This document shows, piece by piece, positions 39,780 to 50,584 of a DNA stretch of 64,000 nt. The DNA lies in IMG/VR virus record IMGVR_UViG_3300023178_001963; one strand, 5' to 3'. Position 1 is the first letter of the stretch. Each line of letters starts with the position of its first letter. The DNA comes from a virus. Made by a program: the position numbers and the translations under genes. The notes under the pieces are model-generated. The model saw only the letters and a list, made by a program, of their open reading frames with translations, was not told the origin of the DNA and made no database searches.

Positions 39780-40462
39780 TCGTAGAAAAAGTTTTTAAGA
39801 GTATTCAACAAGGAGGGTTCGCTCTCCTTGTTTTCGTTTACCCAGTCTGGAAATCTTTGAAATAACTTTTTCCATTGATGTAGTTGTTCATAAGTATCAA
39901 ATACTCTTCTAGCATATTCACTGCTGTTTGGTATTGATTGCCCACTTGTTATTCGTTTAAGTTGTTCTTTACATTTTTCTAAGTCTTCAATATCTTTGTC
40001 AATAGCAAGTATGATGTTTTCAAAATCTGAAACATTAGAAAACTTATTCATTAAAAACTTATGATGTTCTTTTTTAGTTTTACCATCATATAGAAACATA
40101 ATCTCTTGTAAATCATAATATAATGCTTTTACAGGATTTATACTTTCACGGTATCTTTCCATAACTTCTGGTATTATAAATGACTTGTCTAGTGTGCTTA
40201 AATTTTCTAAAACACTTGAAGCAACTATATTAGATTTTTGTCTTTGTGATGTTATACTTTTTCTGAATTTAGATTTGATTTTTTTAACAACCGCATCTAT
40301 AACAACTTTTTCATCATGTGTTAGATTTGTTTTTAAAAACTCAATATGTCCTGGAGTTGTGTTATTGATAGCCATACTTAGACTGTCTGAGACTTTACCA
40401 GTCTTCAAGTATTCTTTACATTCCTTGAGAAATTTCTGTTTCTTAAAATCAATTATATGCAA
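39776..40462 (-). CDS. Hypothetical protein
   Basis: 228-aa ORF with TTG start and GGGAG RBS. Confidence 0.65.
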   Translation of the reverse strand: MHIIDFKKQKFLKECKEYLKTGKVSDSLSMAINNTTPGHIEFLKTNLTHDEKVVIDAVVKKIKSKFRKSITSQRQKSNIVASSVLENLSTLDKSFIIPEVMERYRESINPVKALYYDLQEIMFLYDGKTKKEHHKFLMNKFSNVSDFENIILAIDKDIEDLEKCKEQLKRITSGQSIPNSSEYARRVFDTYEQLHQWKKLFQRFPDWVNENKESEPSLLNTLKNFFYD

Positions 40463-40484
40463 TAACTTCTCCCACTATAATTAT

Positions 40485-40910
40485 TTATAGTGAGGATAGT
40501 ATGGATTTAAGCAGAGTTAACTTTTTCTTTTTGAATAATGTTCTCTTTGCTCCAGGATGTAATGGTTTTGGAAAGTAGTTACAATCAAGCCAAGCATAAC
40601 CTCCACTTTCTTCATTTATTATAGGAACAAATTCTTCTTCTACTACCACTATGAATGTGTAATAACTAAACGATTTATCTCTTGCGTGGTATTGGTCCAA
40701 TGGAAAAACTTTAATAACATCTTTTTCTACATCTAGTTTTATTTCTTCTTCTAGTTCTCTTAGTAAACCCTGAGAAACATTTTCATTTGGTTCTATTTTA
40801 CCTCCCCAAAAACTCCAGTTTCTAGGATACGAACTATTTAAAGAGCGATGTTGTAATAAAATTCGTTTTGTATTTTTTGCTATTATACAAGCGCCTGCGG
40901 CTTTAATCAT
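40485..40910 (-). CDS. Nudix hydrolase
   Basis: Nudix box 'GGKIEPNENVSQGLLRELEEEI'. Confidence 0.9.
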   Translation of the reverse strand: MIKAAGACIIAKNTKRILLQHRSLNSSYPRNWSFWGGKIEPNENVSQGLLRELEEEIKLDVEKDVIKVFPLDQYHARDKSFSYYTFIVVVEEEFVPIINEESGGYAWLDCNYFPKPLHPGAKRTLFKKKKLTLLKSILSSL

Positions 40911-40912
40911 TT

Positions 40913-42292
40913 TTAACCTATTAGTTCTAGTCGCCAGTATCCACTTTCATAGATACCTTGGAATGTGTCTTCCCATTCATTATCGACAAGTTTGAATTGC
41001 TGTGATGTGAATGCGTTTGTTACATAATGCGTCACTCCAGTGACACTCGCATCTAAACTAACAACCCAGTTACTTCCATTATACTCTATAATATCATTTT
41101 TAGCAATATCAATTCCCCATACTGAACTTGAATCAGCATCATTTAGACATAGATATCTTTGCCCAACCGCTGGGAACGGAACGCCGCTAAATCCAGGTTT
41201 TGCTGCAGCAGGATCAATTATTCTGTCTACTGCTGGAAGTGTGTTGTTGGGTAAAGTATCAACATCTACTGCTAAAATTAATTTACCTGGATCACTAGAC
41301 CTTGATAATGTCCCAACAACATCTTCATCTAAGTTATCCAGTTCACCGTGATATTTTAATCTCATACGAGAAATGCCTTCGTGTAACTCTCCGTAGTTTT
41401 CTAGTACTTCATCCCAAGTCGTGTTATTATCCCAGTTTCCATTTTCTAAAACTTTTACTGTAAATGTTCCATTTTCATTTTCTACATTCACAGCATAGTT
41501 ACCAGGAGTGACAACTATACTAGTTTGTTTTTCTAAATCTCTAAAGAATTCAAATGCGTCTGGATCATAATCTAGCGTATCTAAATCATTGTATTGATAT
41601 AAATTATGAATTATGTTTCTAATAACATTCTGTCTTGTTACTTGCGCCGGCGGGTTGATCCAAATTGGTATTTGAAAGAACATACTTGCTATGTCAATTT
41701 GATCCTCGATACCTGCTGGAATTGCTCTACTAGTCCATTGAATATCAGTTAGTTCGACTGTGGTAATAGTTGTCCAGTCAATAGGGTTATCGTTTTGTTG
41801 GATTTCCAGTGCTGGATTGAACAGAACTAATATCTGTTCAAGTAGTTGTAGTTTTTGATCTGTGTTACTTGTCCAAACATCAACCTGCATATTCAAAAGA
41901 TACGGTACTGGCATAAGTCTGCCTACGTTATATCTGTTGCCGCCTTCGTCTGTATATGCGTTTATTTCCTCATTCCACTTTCTTTCATTTACTTTCACTT
42001 TATCAGTAAAGAATGGTTCTTGTACTCTGGCTCTATCTGGTTGTAGACTTTGTACATAACATGCGATAAATGGTGCTGAGTTAACAATGTTCTCAGAGTT
42101 ACCTTTAAGAATTGTAGCAGCCATACGAGATACATCACCGTAACGTGCTGGGACTTTTATGTAATAGTCACTAGTTCCATCACTTAACTTTTTTCCAGTC
42201 TTTACGTTGAAACCACTGAATATACGAATGAACTGAAGAATGTATCTTCTTACTTGTTCATCATAGAAGTGTAACTGTCTTAAGTCTGCCAT
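40913..42292 (-). CDS. gp15: Tail sheath stabiliser/tail completion protein (gp15-like, extended)
   Basis: 'FYDEQVRRYILQFIRIFS', 'MPVPY.L' and 'QLLEQILVLFNP'. Confidence 0.85.
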   Translation of the reverse strand: MADLRQLHFYDEQVRRYILQFIRIFSGFNVKTGKKLSDGTSDYYIKVPARYGDVSRMAATILKGNSENIVNSAPFIACYVQSLQPDRARVQEPFFTDKVKVNERKWNEEINAYTDEGGNRYNVGRLMPVPYLLNMQVDVWTSNTDQKLQLLEQILVLFNPALEIQQNDNPIDWTTITTVELTDIQWTSRAIPAGIEDQIDIASMFFQIPIWINPPAQVTRQNVIRNIIHNLYQYNDLDTLDYDPDAFEFFRDLEKQTSIVVTPGNYAVNVENENGTFTVKVLENGNWDNNTTWDEVLENYGELHEGISRMRLKYHGELDNLDEDVVGTLSRSSDPGKLILAVDVDTLPNNTLPAVDRIIDPAAAKPGFSGVPFPAVGQRYLCLNDADSSSVWGIDIAKNDIIEYNGSNWVVSLDASVTGVTHYVTNAFTSQQFKLVDNEWEDTFQGIYESGYWRLELIG

Positions 42293-42294
42293 TA

Positions 42295-43293
42295 TTAATC
42301 TACCTTAGGTTTTATTGCTTTTGACAAGTTTATTCTTGAGGTTAATTCTGTTCCATCATCTAGTGTTACTATACCATCATTGTTGATAAATTGATGATGT
42401 AGATAGTTACCAACTTGCCATGAACCATCGTCATCTTCAATCTTGTACCATTTGTTATCACGGTATTGGAATAGTCTGTTTGGTGAATAGTCTGTTCTTA
42501 AGAAGTAAGCATTATCGTCTGGTGTTTGTGGAAACTGTGTTCCATTCTCAACTGTTGAGAAATCAACATCAGATGGATGTTCAGAATTTTCTACAGCATA
42601 TACTAAGTTATTTTTTCTATAATCATAATATCTGCCTGGTACATTCTCTTGTGCTTCTTCTACAACTGCTTCATTGATTTGAAGTTCTTTATTATATGTA
42701 GAAAGTAAGTTTTTCAAATCATCAGCAGCTTCGCCAGTACCAAAGATATCTGAATACTCCTGTGTATCTTGTAGTTGCTTACAACGAACACGCCAGATAT
42801 GAGGCCACCAACCTGGATCAAAACCTTCACTTGCTTTTGTTCCCTCTTGTACAACCCAATATTGATTTACTGCTGGAGCATCTTCATCAAGTAATAAATC
42901 TTCCCTCATATGAGGAAGCTCAATAACATCACCTGTCATAAGTTTGCGACCAATACGTTCTACCATATCATTTAAATGCATTGTAAAAATAGTTTGGTCT
43001 GTGCCAAGAAACATACCAAATTGAGACAAATCAAAATCTTGGTCTGTCACTGTATAAGCACCACGTAATTCATAAACTACAGTATCATAACGTCTATCAC
43101 GGTTTTCCATAAACAGCAAGTCCTGAATAGGCGGGTTCGCTGGATCATAGTTTTCGTCATTTTCATCTACTGAGCCTATATATTTGTGAACTAACAAGGC
43201 AGTACCACCATGCTCATAGTGAGCTTTTACCATCTTATCGATGAATTTGTAGTCATTACCTTTACGTGGGTTCCATAAACTTAATCTTGGCAT
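42295..43293 (-). CDS. gp14: Neck/head closure protein (gp14-like)
   Basis: 'DLLFMENRDRRY', 'LSQFGMFL' and 'GDVIELPH'; precedes gp15. Confidence 0.75.
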   Translation of the reverse strand: MPRLSLWNPRKGNDYKFIDKMVKAHYEHGGTALLVHKYIGSVDENDENYDPANPPIQDLLFMENRDRRYDTVVYELRGAYTVTDQDFDLSQFGMFLGTDQTIFTMHLNDMVERIGRKLMTGDVIELPHMREDLLLDEDAPAVNQYWVVQEGTKASEGFDPGWWPHIWRVRCKQLQDTQEYSDIFGTGEAADDLKNLLSTYNKELQINEAVVEEAQENVPGRYYDYRKNNLVYAVENSEHPSDVDFSTVENGTQFPQTPDDNAYFLRTDYSPNRLFQYRDNKWYKIEDDDGSWQVGNYLHHQFINNDGIVTLDDGTELTSRINLSKAIKPKVD

Positions 43294-43304
43294 AATCTTT
43301 TTCC

Positions 43305-43333
43305 TTGACTTATAACTGTATTTATCTTATATT
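43305..43333 (+). promoter_or_regulatory. sigma70-type promoter overlapping the divergent gp14 late promoter
   Basis: TTGACT-17 bp-TATATT, with a minus-strand GATAAATA at 43319-43326 inside the spacer. Confidence 0.55.
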
Positions 43334-43356
43334 TAGGTAATGAACGGAGCGAATCA

Positions 43357-44049
43357 ATGATATCAATTATTAGCGACGGTGTAATACAACATAGAAAAGT
43401 ATTAGACAGTTTAACAGTAGCACAATTTAAATTATGGGCAACAAACCCAGAAAGATACCATAGAGGCAATGCCACTGATGGTAAGTATTATGGAGAACAT
43501 GATGGTGAACGTGAATATGACGTATGGTGGACTACTCAACCACCAAAAGAAATGTGGGTACCAATTGTCTGGAAATTGAGTGAATCTATTGACAGATTTT
43601 TTAATGATAGATGGGATATTCATGTTGTAGATTGTATAACAACTCGTCCAAACTCCAGTAAAATTTATGCTCACATTGATACACCGTATCGTTTTGAAGA
43701 GTTTGCAGATAGGGATGAAACACTTGGTGTACAGATAATCGTTCCATTGGATAAGTTTACCTTAGAAAATGGTGGAACAGCATTTTTGCGTGGCTCTCAT
43801 AAAGAAAAGATTAATTTTAGAGATTTAGAAGAAAATAGAGAATATTATAACAACAGATTGATTACAGAGGGCGAACAATTATTAGGTGATCCTGGTGATG
43901 TATTGATGTATGATGGTCGTACTTTACACTCTACTATGCCAAATAAATCTACAGAATTTAGAAGTGCGCTATTGATTAATGTATTGAAAGCTGATATAAT
44001 ACCACGTGTTCAGGAACTTGATTCTAATACAGATTTTGTAAAAACTTGA
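43357..44049 (+). CDS. PhyH-family Fe(II)/2-oxoglutarate dioxygenase
   Basis: HxD (AHIDTPY), 'ENGGT.FLRGSH' and 'GDVLMYDGRTLHS..N.S...RSAL'. Confidence 0.85.
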   Translation: MISIISDGVIQHRKVLDSLTVAQFKLWATNPERYHRGNATDGKYYGEHDGEREYDVWWTTQPPKEMWVPIVWKLSESIDRFFNDRWDIHVVDCITTRPNSSKIYAHIDTPYRFEEFADRDETLGVQIIVPLDKFTLENGGTAFLRGSHKEKINFRDLEENREYYNNRLITEGEQLLGDPGDVLMYDGRTLHSTMPNKSTEFRSALLINVLKADIIPRVQELDSNTDFVKT

Positions 44050-44073
44050 CATTTTCGCTATTAAATGTATACT
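44046..44073 (+). promoter_or_regulatory. sigma70-type promoter
   Basis: TTGACA-16 bp-TATACT; AAGGAG RBS downstream. Confidence 0.65.
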
Positions 44074-44103
44074 TAATTGTAAATAGCGAAAGAAGGAGTA
44101 GTA

Positions 44104-45351
44104 ATGGCAGTGTTAAAGAAAAGAAAAAAAGCAGGTAAACCTAGACTACCAAAGTTTGCTGATGAAAAGTATACAGGTCCAGAACCAGACTGGACTAATG
44201 CGGATCGTATGTCTGCTCAACTGTATTACACTGAACGTAATAGAACTACATATTATTACAACTATTATTTTACTCCAAAAGAAGGTAAGCCTTGGGTTAT
44301 TGATTGGATGAAAAATAATGGGTATTCTAAAGAACATATATCTGCTGTTAGAAATGTACCTGATGCATACATAGAAATGTCACTATGTTCTTATTGTAGA
44401 GCATTGACACGTGGCATGCCTGTAAATCATAAAGGTGTGAGCGACTATATCAAAACTCTTGCTGGTGTTAGTAGTAAGGCATTGGTGGATGCTGATGTCT
44501 ATGTAAAAAATAAACTAGAAACTATTATTGAAATGGGGTTAGCAAAAAAAGAAGAGAAGAAGGAAGCTGAGGAACAAAAGAATGTTTTTCGTCCCAACAT
44601 TCAACAGTTGCTACGTGAAAAAGCAGTTGAAATGGCAGAAGAGATTGACCAGTTTGTTGAAGACTTTGACTACAAACCAGCAACTCTTAAAAAGTTTGAC
44701 CCTCTGAAACTTCTTCGTAAAGTAGAAGCCAAAGGAAATCATGCCAAACACATCAAATCATTCTATCAGTCTGTGTTTGAAGAGTATGACGAACTACTCA
44801 ATCCTCCTAAGCGTATGTCCGACGAAAAGAAAGAAGATTACGAACAACTTAAAGAAGGCTATAATCACTTAAAGAAAGCAGATATCAAAGCAGCACATCA
44901 AATGTACCAAAGCATTTTGGATGCTTGTGATATGCTAGTACAAGAAAGTAAAGTAAATCGTACACCACGCAAAAAGAAACCAGTCAGTAAAGAAAAAATA
45001 GTTGCTAAAGTAAAGTACTGTCAACAGGATGCAGCTACAAAAAGCGTTTCACAAAAACCAATCGAGGTGCTTGATGCTTCGGCAGTTATGGTATATAATG
45101 TAAAAACAAGAAAACTTGGAATATACTATCCCGCTGAATATCAAACTTTAAGTTTTAAAGGTACAACTTTGATTGGATTTGATGAAAAGAAAAGTGTACA
45201 AAAAACAATGCGCAAACCAGCAGAACAGGTTTCACATTTTAAAAAGTTAGGTAAACGCTCTATTCAAAAAGAGTTTGACACAGTTAAAAGTGTTGAAACA
45301 AAAATGAATGGACGCTTCAATGAGCAAACATTGATATTAAGGATTTTATAG
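44104..45351 (+). CDS. Basic hypothetical phage protein
   Basis: 415-aa Lys-rich ORF with a strong RBS; C-terminal 'YNVKTRKLG.Y..QKTMRKP..NGRFNE..LILR'. Confidence 0.75.
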   Translation: MAVLKKRKKAGKPRLPKFADEKYTGPEPDWTNADRMSAQLYYTERNRTTYYYNYYFTPKEGKPWVIDWMKNNGYSKEHISAVRNVPDAYIEMSLCSYCRALTRGMPVNHKGVSDYIKTLAGVSSKALVDADVYVKNKLETIIEMGLAKKEEKKEAEEQKNVFRPNIQQLLREKAVEMAEEIDQFVEDFDYKPATLKKFDPLKLLRKVEAKGNHAKHIKSFYQSVFEEYDELLNPPKRMSDEKKEDYEQLKEGYNHLKKADIKAAHQMYQSILDACDMLVQESKVNRTPRKKKPVSKEKIVAKVKYCQQDAATKSVSQKPIEVLDASAVMVYNVKTRKLGIYYPAEYQTLSFKGTTLIGFDEKKSVQKTMRKPAEQVSHFKKLGKRSIQKEFDTVKSVETKMNGRFNEQTLILRIL

Positions 45352-45384
45352 TTTCTGATAAATACTGTATATCGGAGACTACCA

Positions 45385-46131
45385 ATGGCAACAAATAAAG
45401 TAAGAAATGACGTAATCAAAGAAATCAGACTGTTACTAGGTGACGGTATGATTGATATTGAACTTGATCCAGAACATTATGACGTAGCACTTGATGTTGC
45501 TATATCTAAAGTTCGTCAGCGTTCAGAAAACGCAACTGAAGAAGACTTCTATGCTATGGAATTCAAAGAAGACGTAGCAGAGTATACACTTCCTGATGAA
45601 ATTATAGAAGTAAAACAGATTTGGCATCGTTCATTCGGACATGGTATTTCTGGTGGTGTTGATATGGATCCATTTGAATTAGCATATGCTAACTCGTACT
45701 TCTTTCTAAATAATCATATTGGTGGTATCGCAACATATGATTTCTTTGCTCAATACCGTGAATCATTAAATCGTGTAGCAGCAACAGAAATAAACTTTAT
45801 TTGGAATCCTGTAACAAAGAAACTAAAACTTCTACGTAAAATGAGAGCAGACGAAACTGTTCTTATCCATGTACATTTAAATCGCAATGAAGATCAACTT
45901 ATGCAGGACCCATATCTAAAGTCTTGGATTCGTGATTATTCATTAGCATACTGTAAGCGTATGTTAGGTGAAGCACGTGGTAAGTTCTCAGCACTACCTG
46001 GCGCACAAGGTGGTGTAACACTTAACGGTGCTGAAATGAAAGCAGAAGCAGACGCAATGATTGAAAAGCTAGAATTTGATCTACAGAACTTCACAGACGG
46101 TTCTGCTCCATTAGGATTTATTATAGGATAA
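45385..46131 (+). CDS. gp13: Neck protein (gp13-like)
   Basis: 'LLGDGMIDIEL' and 'WIRDYSLA..K..LGEARGKF..LPG..GGVTLNG'. Confidence 0.88.
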   Translation: MATNKVRNDVIKEIRLLLGDGMIDIELDPEHYDVALDVAISKVRQRSENATEEDFYAMEFKEDVAEYTLPDEIIEVKQIWHRSFGHGISGGVDMDPFELAYANSYFFLNNHIGGIATYDFFAQYRESLNRVAATEINFIWNPVTKKLKLLRKMRADETVLIHVHLNRNEDQLMQDPYLKSWIRDYSLAYCKRMLGEARGKFSALPGAQGGVTLNGAEMKAEADAMIEKLEFDLQNFTDGSAPLGFIIG

Positions 46132-46454
46132 TGGAATTTGTACTAAAAGTAATTGTTAGTGGATTTCTTGTAGCTACTGTTAGTATGGTTGCCCAACGTA
46201 GTGCTACAATGGCTGCTTTGCTTATGGGTATACCTTTTACAGCATTACTAGCAATGTTTTTTATGTGGCATTCTGGAGTAGATGCTGAAACATTCTCTAA
46301 ATTTTCTTTTGAAACTGTATATTTTGTCTTGACATCCCTCATATTTTTTGTTATATTCGGATTGACGATAGGATACTTGGGTTTCTGGTATTCAATGATA
46401 CTAGGAGCTGGTGTTACTATCTTTATGTATAACATACTATTGAGGATTTTATGA
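46131..46454 (+). CDS. Small membrane protein (DUF3147-like)
   Basis: Four hydrophobic segments; 'KVIVSG.LVA.VS.VA.RS..AALL..IP'. Confidence 0.6.
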   Translation: MEFVLKVIVSGFLVATVSMVAQRSATMAALLMGIPFTALLAMFFMWHSGVDAETFSKFSFETVYFVLTSLIFFVIFGLTIGYLGFWYSMILGAGVTIFMYNILLRIL

Positions 46455-47065
46455 TAATTGGTATATGTGGACTAATAGGTTCTGGTAAAGGAACAGTAGC
46501 AGACATACTCGTAGACTATCACAACTTTCAAAAAATTAGTTTTGCTGATAAACTTAAAGACGGTGTAGCACAAGTCTTTGGTTGGGATCGTGCCTTGCTT
46601 GAAGGTGATACTGACCGTAGTAGATTGTGGCGTGAAAAAGTAGACGAATATTGGACTAAAGAAACTGGGCGTGAAATAACGCCTAGACTAGTTCTACAAG
46701 AGTTTGGTACTGACTGTATGCGTATGGGTTTCTACGACGGTATATGGGTCAGTCTAGTCAAGAAGCATATGCTAGATAATCCTCACGTCAACTATGTAAT
46801 ACCCGATGTTCGCTTTCCTAATGAAATGAAAATGATACGAGAACTTGAAGGAGAAGTTTGGCAAGTTCGTAGAGGAGAAAATCCTGAATGGTTCAGTTCA
46901 GCTATACTTGATAATACGACTGGATCAAAACTAATGTCAGGTTATGATGTACACGCCTCAGAATGGAAATGGGTTGATACAAATGATAAATTTGATAATA
47001 TGTTGTACAATGACTCAACATTAGAAGCACTATATAGTCAAGTTGAACAAACATTGTCTATGTAG
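46451..47065 (+). CDS. Deoxynucleoside monophosphate kinase (T4 gp1-like)
   Basis: P-loop 'GLIGSGKGT', 'FADKLKD', 'TPRLVLQ.FGT' and 'DVRFPNE'. Confidence 0.92.
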   Translation: MIIGICGLIGSGKGTVADILVDYHNFQKISFADKLKDGVAQVFGWDRALLEGDTDRSRLWREKVDEYWTKETGREITPRLVLQEFGTDCMRMGFYDGIWVSLVKKHMLDNPHVNYVIPDVRFPNEMKMIRELEGEVWQVRRGENPEWFSSAILDNTTGSKLMSGYDVHASEWKWVDTNDKFDNMLYNDSTLEALYSQVEQTLSM

Positions 47066-47149
47066 TTAATTCAAAACTGCTGTTTTTTCTGTTTTTTGCA
47101 TAAATACTACTAATAAAAAGAAAATGTTTTTATAATAAGGAGAAACAGA

Positions 47150-49828
47150 ATGGCGACATTAGTATCCCCAGGCGTATCGGTAATTGTCACTGATGAATCA
47201 CAGTATGTATCAGCGTCACAAGGTACCCTACCGCTAGTTGTAGTAGCAACAGCGTCAAATAAAACAGATGCCTCAGGATCAGCAATAGCACCAGGTACAA
47301 AACCTGAAAACGCAGGAGTTGCTTATCTTGTTTCTTCACAGCGTGAACTAGTTGAAACTTTCGGAGAACCGAAGTTTTATGAAGTAGGTGGTTCGGTTGT
47401 GCAAGGGGCAGAGACAAGTGAATATGGTCTTCTAGCAGCATATCAATATCTAGGTGTTTCAAACAACGCTTATGTTATTCGTGCAGATATTGACTTATCA
47501 CAATTAGAAGCATCTACAGAAGAGCCAGGTGGCGTCCTGGTTGACGGTACATACTGGCATGAGACAAGCGAAACAAAATTTGGTATGTTTGAATTTGATG
47601 GTAACGATTGGGTTGCTGTAACACCAGACGTTTTAGTTGACGCACCTGGCACAGGTCTAGTCGAATCTATGAACAGTTCAGGTTACGCAGCACCAGTTAA
47701 CACGTATGGTTCAACAGGTGATTTCGCAGTAGTAACATCAACCGCAAAAGTTACATATTGGAAAAAAGTAGGAACATCTTGGGTTCTACTAGGTGACACT
47801 GGCGCATCGAACTTCCAGTTCAGTACATTTGCTCCAGGATCAGCATCCGCAGGTGATGTATATGTAAGATTGGCAAAACAAGGTGGTGGTTTAGATGTTA
47901 AACTATCAACATATAATGCTGTAGCAGGTGCATTCCAAGTGGTACAAGTTCCAGTTTACACAACAGACGATGAAGCAAGTAATGCGTCATTGGATAAAGT
48001 TGGGGACGTTTACCTAAGAAGAAATGCTTCTCTGGGTGTTATCGAACTACGTAGACACACAGGTGCTACAACAGTAGAATTAACAAGTGAAGTTGCTATC
48101 GCAGACACGACAAGCATCACATCAGTATTTTCTGTTAGTGGACATTCTTTAGCAGCAACATTTAACTTTTCAACGGCTACATTAGATTCTGTAATCGTTT
48201 CAATGCAGTCAAACGCAGCATTGAACGCAGCTAACGTGAAAGTTGAAAAAGTTGGTACAAACAAAATCAGATTTACACGAACAGACGGCAAATCAATCAG
48301 TGTTAATTTCACATCTGGTGCGGCAGACTTAGGATTTACATCATCTAATAGTCAATATGTATCAGCGTGGGAAGAACTATCATATGAGGCGGGCTCATCA
48401 GAACCAAAAGGTGAAGTAGCAGAAGGCACACTATGGTATAATGCTGATTTAGCAATGGAAATCATGCGCTGTGAATATGATGGCGTTGAACAAAAATGGG
48501 TATCATACGCATGGTCAGAAGACACAGATGGTCTATATGCTAATGAACTACAACTACGTTCAGCAAAACCAACATATCGTAAAAATGGCACATCATCATT
48601 AGTAGTTGGTGATATCTGGGTAGACTCAGATGCGATGCCATACCCAACAATTCATCGTTGGAACGGTGCTGAGTGGATCAAACTAGATAACGCAGACCAA
48701 TCATCAACAAACGGTGTAGTATTTGGTAACTATTCAAATACAGCTCCATATGATGAATTCGGTAACGCACTATCACGCACAGAACACGAAAATACACCAA
48801 ACGCAGAACTACACCCAGAAAATATCTTAATGGTAAATATGGACTATTCAACATATAACGTAAAACGTTATACAGATGGTGCTTGGGAATGGGTATCAGG
48901 TACAGAGTTGGACGGTGCCGGTAAGTTCGGTCCAAACGCACAACGTCATATGGTTGTAGAAGCAATGCAGGGTGCACTAGCATCTAACGAAGGAATTCGT
49001 GCTGAAGCAGTATTCTTCAATCTAATCGCAGCTCCAGGTTATCCTGAAATGATGGATGAAATGCTAGGACTAAACAAAGACAAAAAAGAAATCGCATTTG
49101 TCGTTGGTGATACACCACTAAGACTAGAAGGTACAACCACAGCAATCAAAGCATGGGCAGACGATAATACAGTTGCAGATGCTTATGCGGGTGTTTATTA
49201 CCCACATGGTCTATCAACAGACTTATCAGGTAACGATGTTGTTATGCCAGCGTCATCAATTGCTCTACGCACAATCGCATTCTCAGACCAAGTATCATTC
49301 CCATGGTTTGCACCAGCGGGTCTGACACGTGGTGTTGTTTCAAACGCATCACAAGTTGGTTATGTAAATGACGAAGATGAATTTGTAAGAGTTAGACTAA
49401 CAGAAGGTCAGCGTGATATTATGTATATGAACCGTATGAACCCAATCGCAGATATGCCTGGCACGGGCTTAGTAGTATTTGGTCAGAAAACAATGCAGTC
49501 ATTTGCTTCAGCAATGGATCGTATCAACGTAGCAAGACTAGTAAACTACATGCGCTACAATCTGGATCAACTATCACGTGGTTTCTTATTCGAACAGAAT
49601 GACAAAATCACACGTGACAACATCCGTGACGCAGTAGAGCGTTTCTGTGGTGGTCTAGTTTCAGAACGTGGTCTATATGACTTCTTGGTAGTTTGTGATG
49701 AATCAAACAACACACCAGCACGTATCGACAGAAACGAACTATGGGTAGATATCGCAATTCAGCCAGTTAAATCAGTTGAATTTATCTACATCCCACTACG
49801 TATTCGTAACACAGGAGAAGAACTATAA
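47150..49828 (+). CDS. gp18: Tail sheath protein
   Basis: 'LVSPGV', 'PWFAPAGLTRG', 'DRINVARL' and 'VCDESNNTP..ID..I.PVKSVEFIYI'. Confidence 0.97.
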   Translation: MATLVSPGVSVIVTDESQYVSASQGTLPLVVVATASNKTDASGSAIAPGTKPENAGVAYLVSSQRELVETFGEPKFYEVGGSVVQGAETSEYGLLAAYQYLGVSNNAYVIRADIDLSQLEASTEEPGGVLVDGTYWHETSETKFGMFEFDGNDWVAVTPDVLVDAPGTGLVESMNSSGYAAPVNTYGSTGDFAVVTSTAKVTYWKKVGTSWVLLGDTGASNFQFSTFAPGSASAGDVYVRLAKQGGGLDVKLSTYNAVAGAFQVVQVPVYTTDDEASNASLDKVGDVYLRRNASLGVIELRRHTGATTVELTSEVAIADTTSITSVFSVSGHSLAATFNFSTATLDSVIVSMQSNAALNAANVKVEKVGTNKIRFTRTDGKSISVNFTSGAADLGFTSSNSQYVSAWEELSYEAGSSEPKGEVAEGTLWYNADLAMEIMRCEYDGVEQKWVSYAWSEDTDGLYANELQLRSAKPTYRKNGTSSLVVGDIWVDSDAMPYPTIHRWNGAEWIKLDNADQSSTNGVVFGNYSNTAPYDEFGNALSRTEHENTPNAELHPENILMVNMDYSTYNVKRYTDGAWEWVSGTELDGAGKFGPNAQRHMVVEAMQGALASNEGIRAEAVFFNLIAAPGYPEMMDEMLGLNKDKKEIAFVVGDTPLRLEGTTTAIKAWADDNTVADAYAGVYYPHGLSTDLSGNDVVMPASSIALRTIAFSDQVSFPWFAPAGLTRGVVSNASQVGYVNDEDEFVRVRLTEGQRDIMYMNRMNPIADMPGTGLVVFGQKTMQSFASAMDRINVARLVNYMRYNLDQLSRGFLFEQNDKITRDNIRDAVERFCGGLVSERGLYDFLVVCDESNNTPARIDRNELWVDIAIQPVKSVEFIYIPLRIRNTGEEL

Positions 49829-49855
49829 TTTAGTTCAAAGACAATTAAACACAAG

Positions 49856-49880
49856 AAACCCCGCAAAAGCGGGGTTTTTT
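49856..49880 (+). terminator. Intrinsic terminator after the sheath gene
   Basis: AAACCCCGC-AAAA-GCGGGGTTTTTT. Confidence 0.9.
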
Positions 49881-49967
49881 ATTAACTACAACTTTAATTG
49901 ATAACACACCTGATAAATACTTGTATAATTACAATAGTTTGCAAACTATATATTAGGAGACATAATT

Positions 49968-50567
49968 ATGGCAAGAACATTAAGTAACTTTGGTGTACCA
50001 TTAGACAGTGGTGATGCAGTAACCGGCTCAGGTATTCTTCAGCCAAAACTTAACTATCGTTTCCGTGTTCAAGTAGCAGGATTCGGTGGGCTATCAACAC
50101 CAACACAAGAATTTACAAGACAAGTTATGAATGTAACTCGTCCGAAAGTAACACACGAAACAATCCCAGTAGACTCATATAATTCACGTATGTTTATGAT
50201 GGGTAAACACACATGGGAACCAATCACAATCACACTACGTGATGATGTTGCTAACTCATTAACAAAACTAGTAGGTCGTCAAGTACAATCACAGTTAGAT
50301 CACAAAAATCAAACAGGTCCTCTATCAGGAACAAACTACAAGTTCTCTACACTTATCGAAACACTAAACGGTAACACAGGTGACCCAATTGAACAGTGGC
50401 AATTAGAAGGCTGTTTTGTACAAAACGTTGACTATTCACAATCAGACTATGCAGTTTCAGATCCAGTAACAATCGCACTAACATTACAGTACGATAACGC
50501 AATCTTTACTGATGATGATATCATGCCAGGTCAAACATTCACTAACGATTCTGGTCTATTAGGATAA
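49968..50567 (+). CDS. gp19: Tail tube protein
   Basis: 'PKLNYRFRV', 'GKHTWEPITITLRDD' and 'W.LEGCF..LTLQYDNA'; follows the sheath gene. Confidence 0.9.
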   Translation: MARTLSNFGVPLDSGDAVTGSGILQPKLNYRFRVQVAGFGGLSTPTQEFTRQVMNVTRPKVTHETIPVDSYNSRMFMMGKHTWEPITITLRDDVANSLTKLVGRQVQSQLDHKNQTGPLSGTNYKFSTLIETLNGNTGDPIEQWQLEGCFVQNVDYSQSDYAVSDPVTIALTLQYDNAIFTDDDIMPGQTFTNDSGLLG

Positions 50568-50584
50568 TAGTTAGGATCTAGTTA

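Noticed and set aside
49883-49896. Third copy of the promoter-junction pseudo-palindrome upstream of the tube gene (TAACTACAACTTTA)
   Set aside because: It needs a gap and is in the opposite orientation relative to the late box; too weak in AT-rich DNA.
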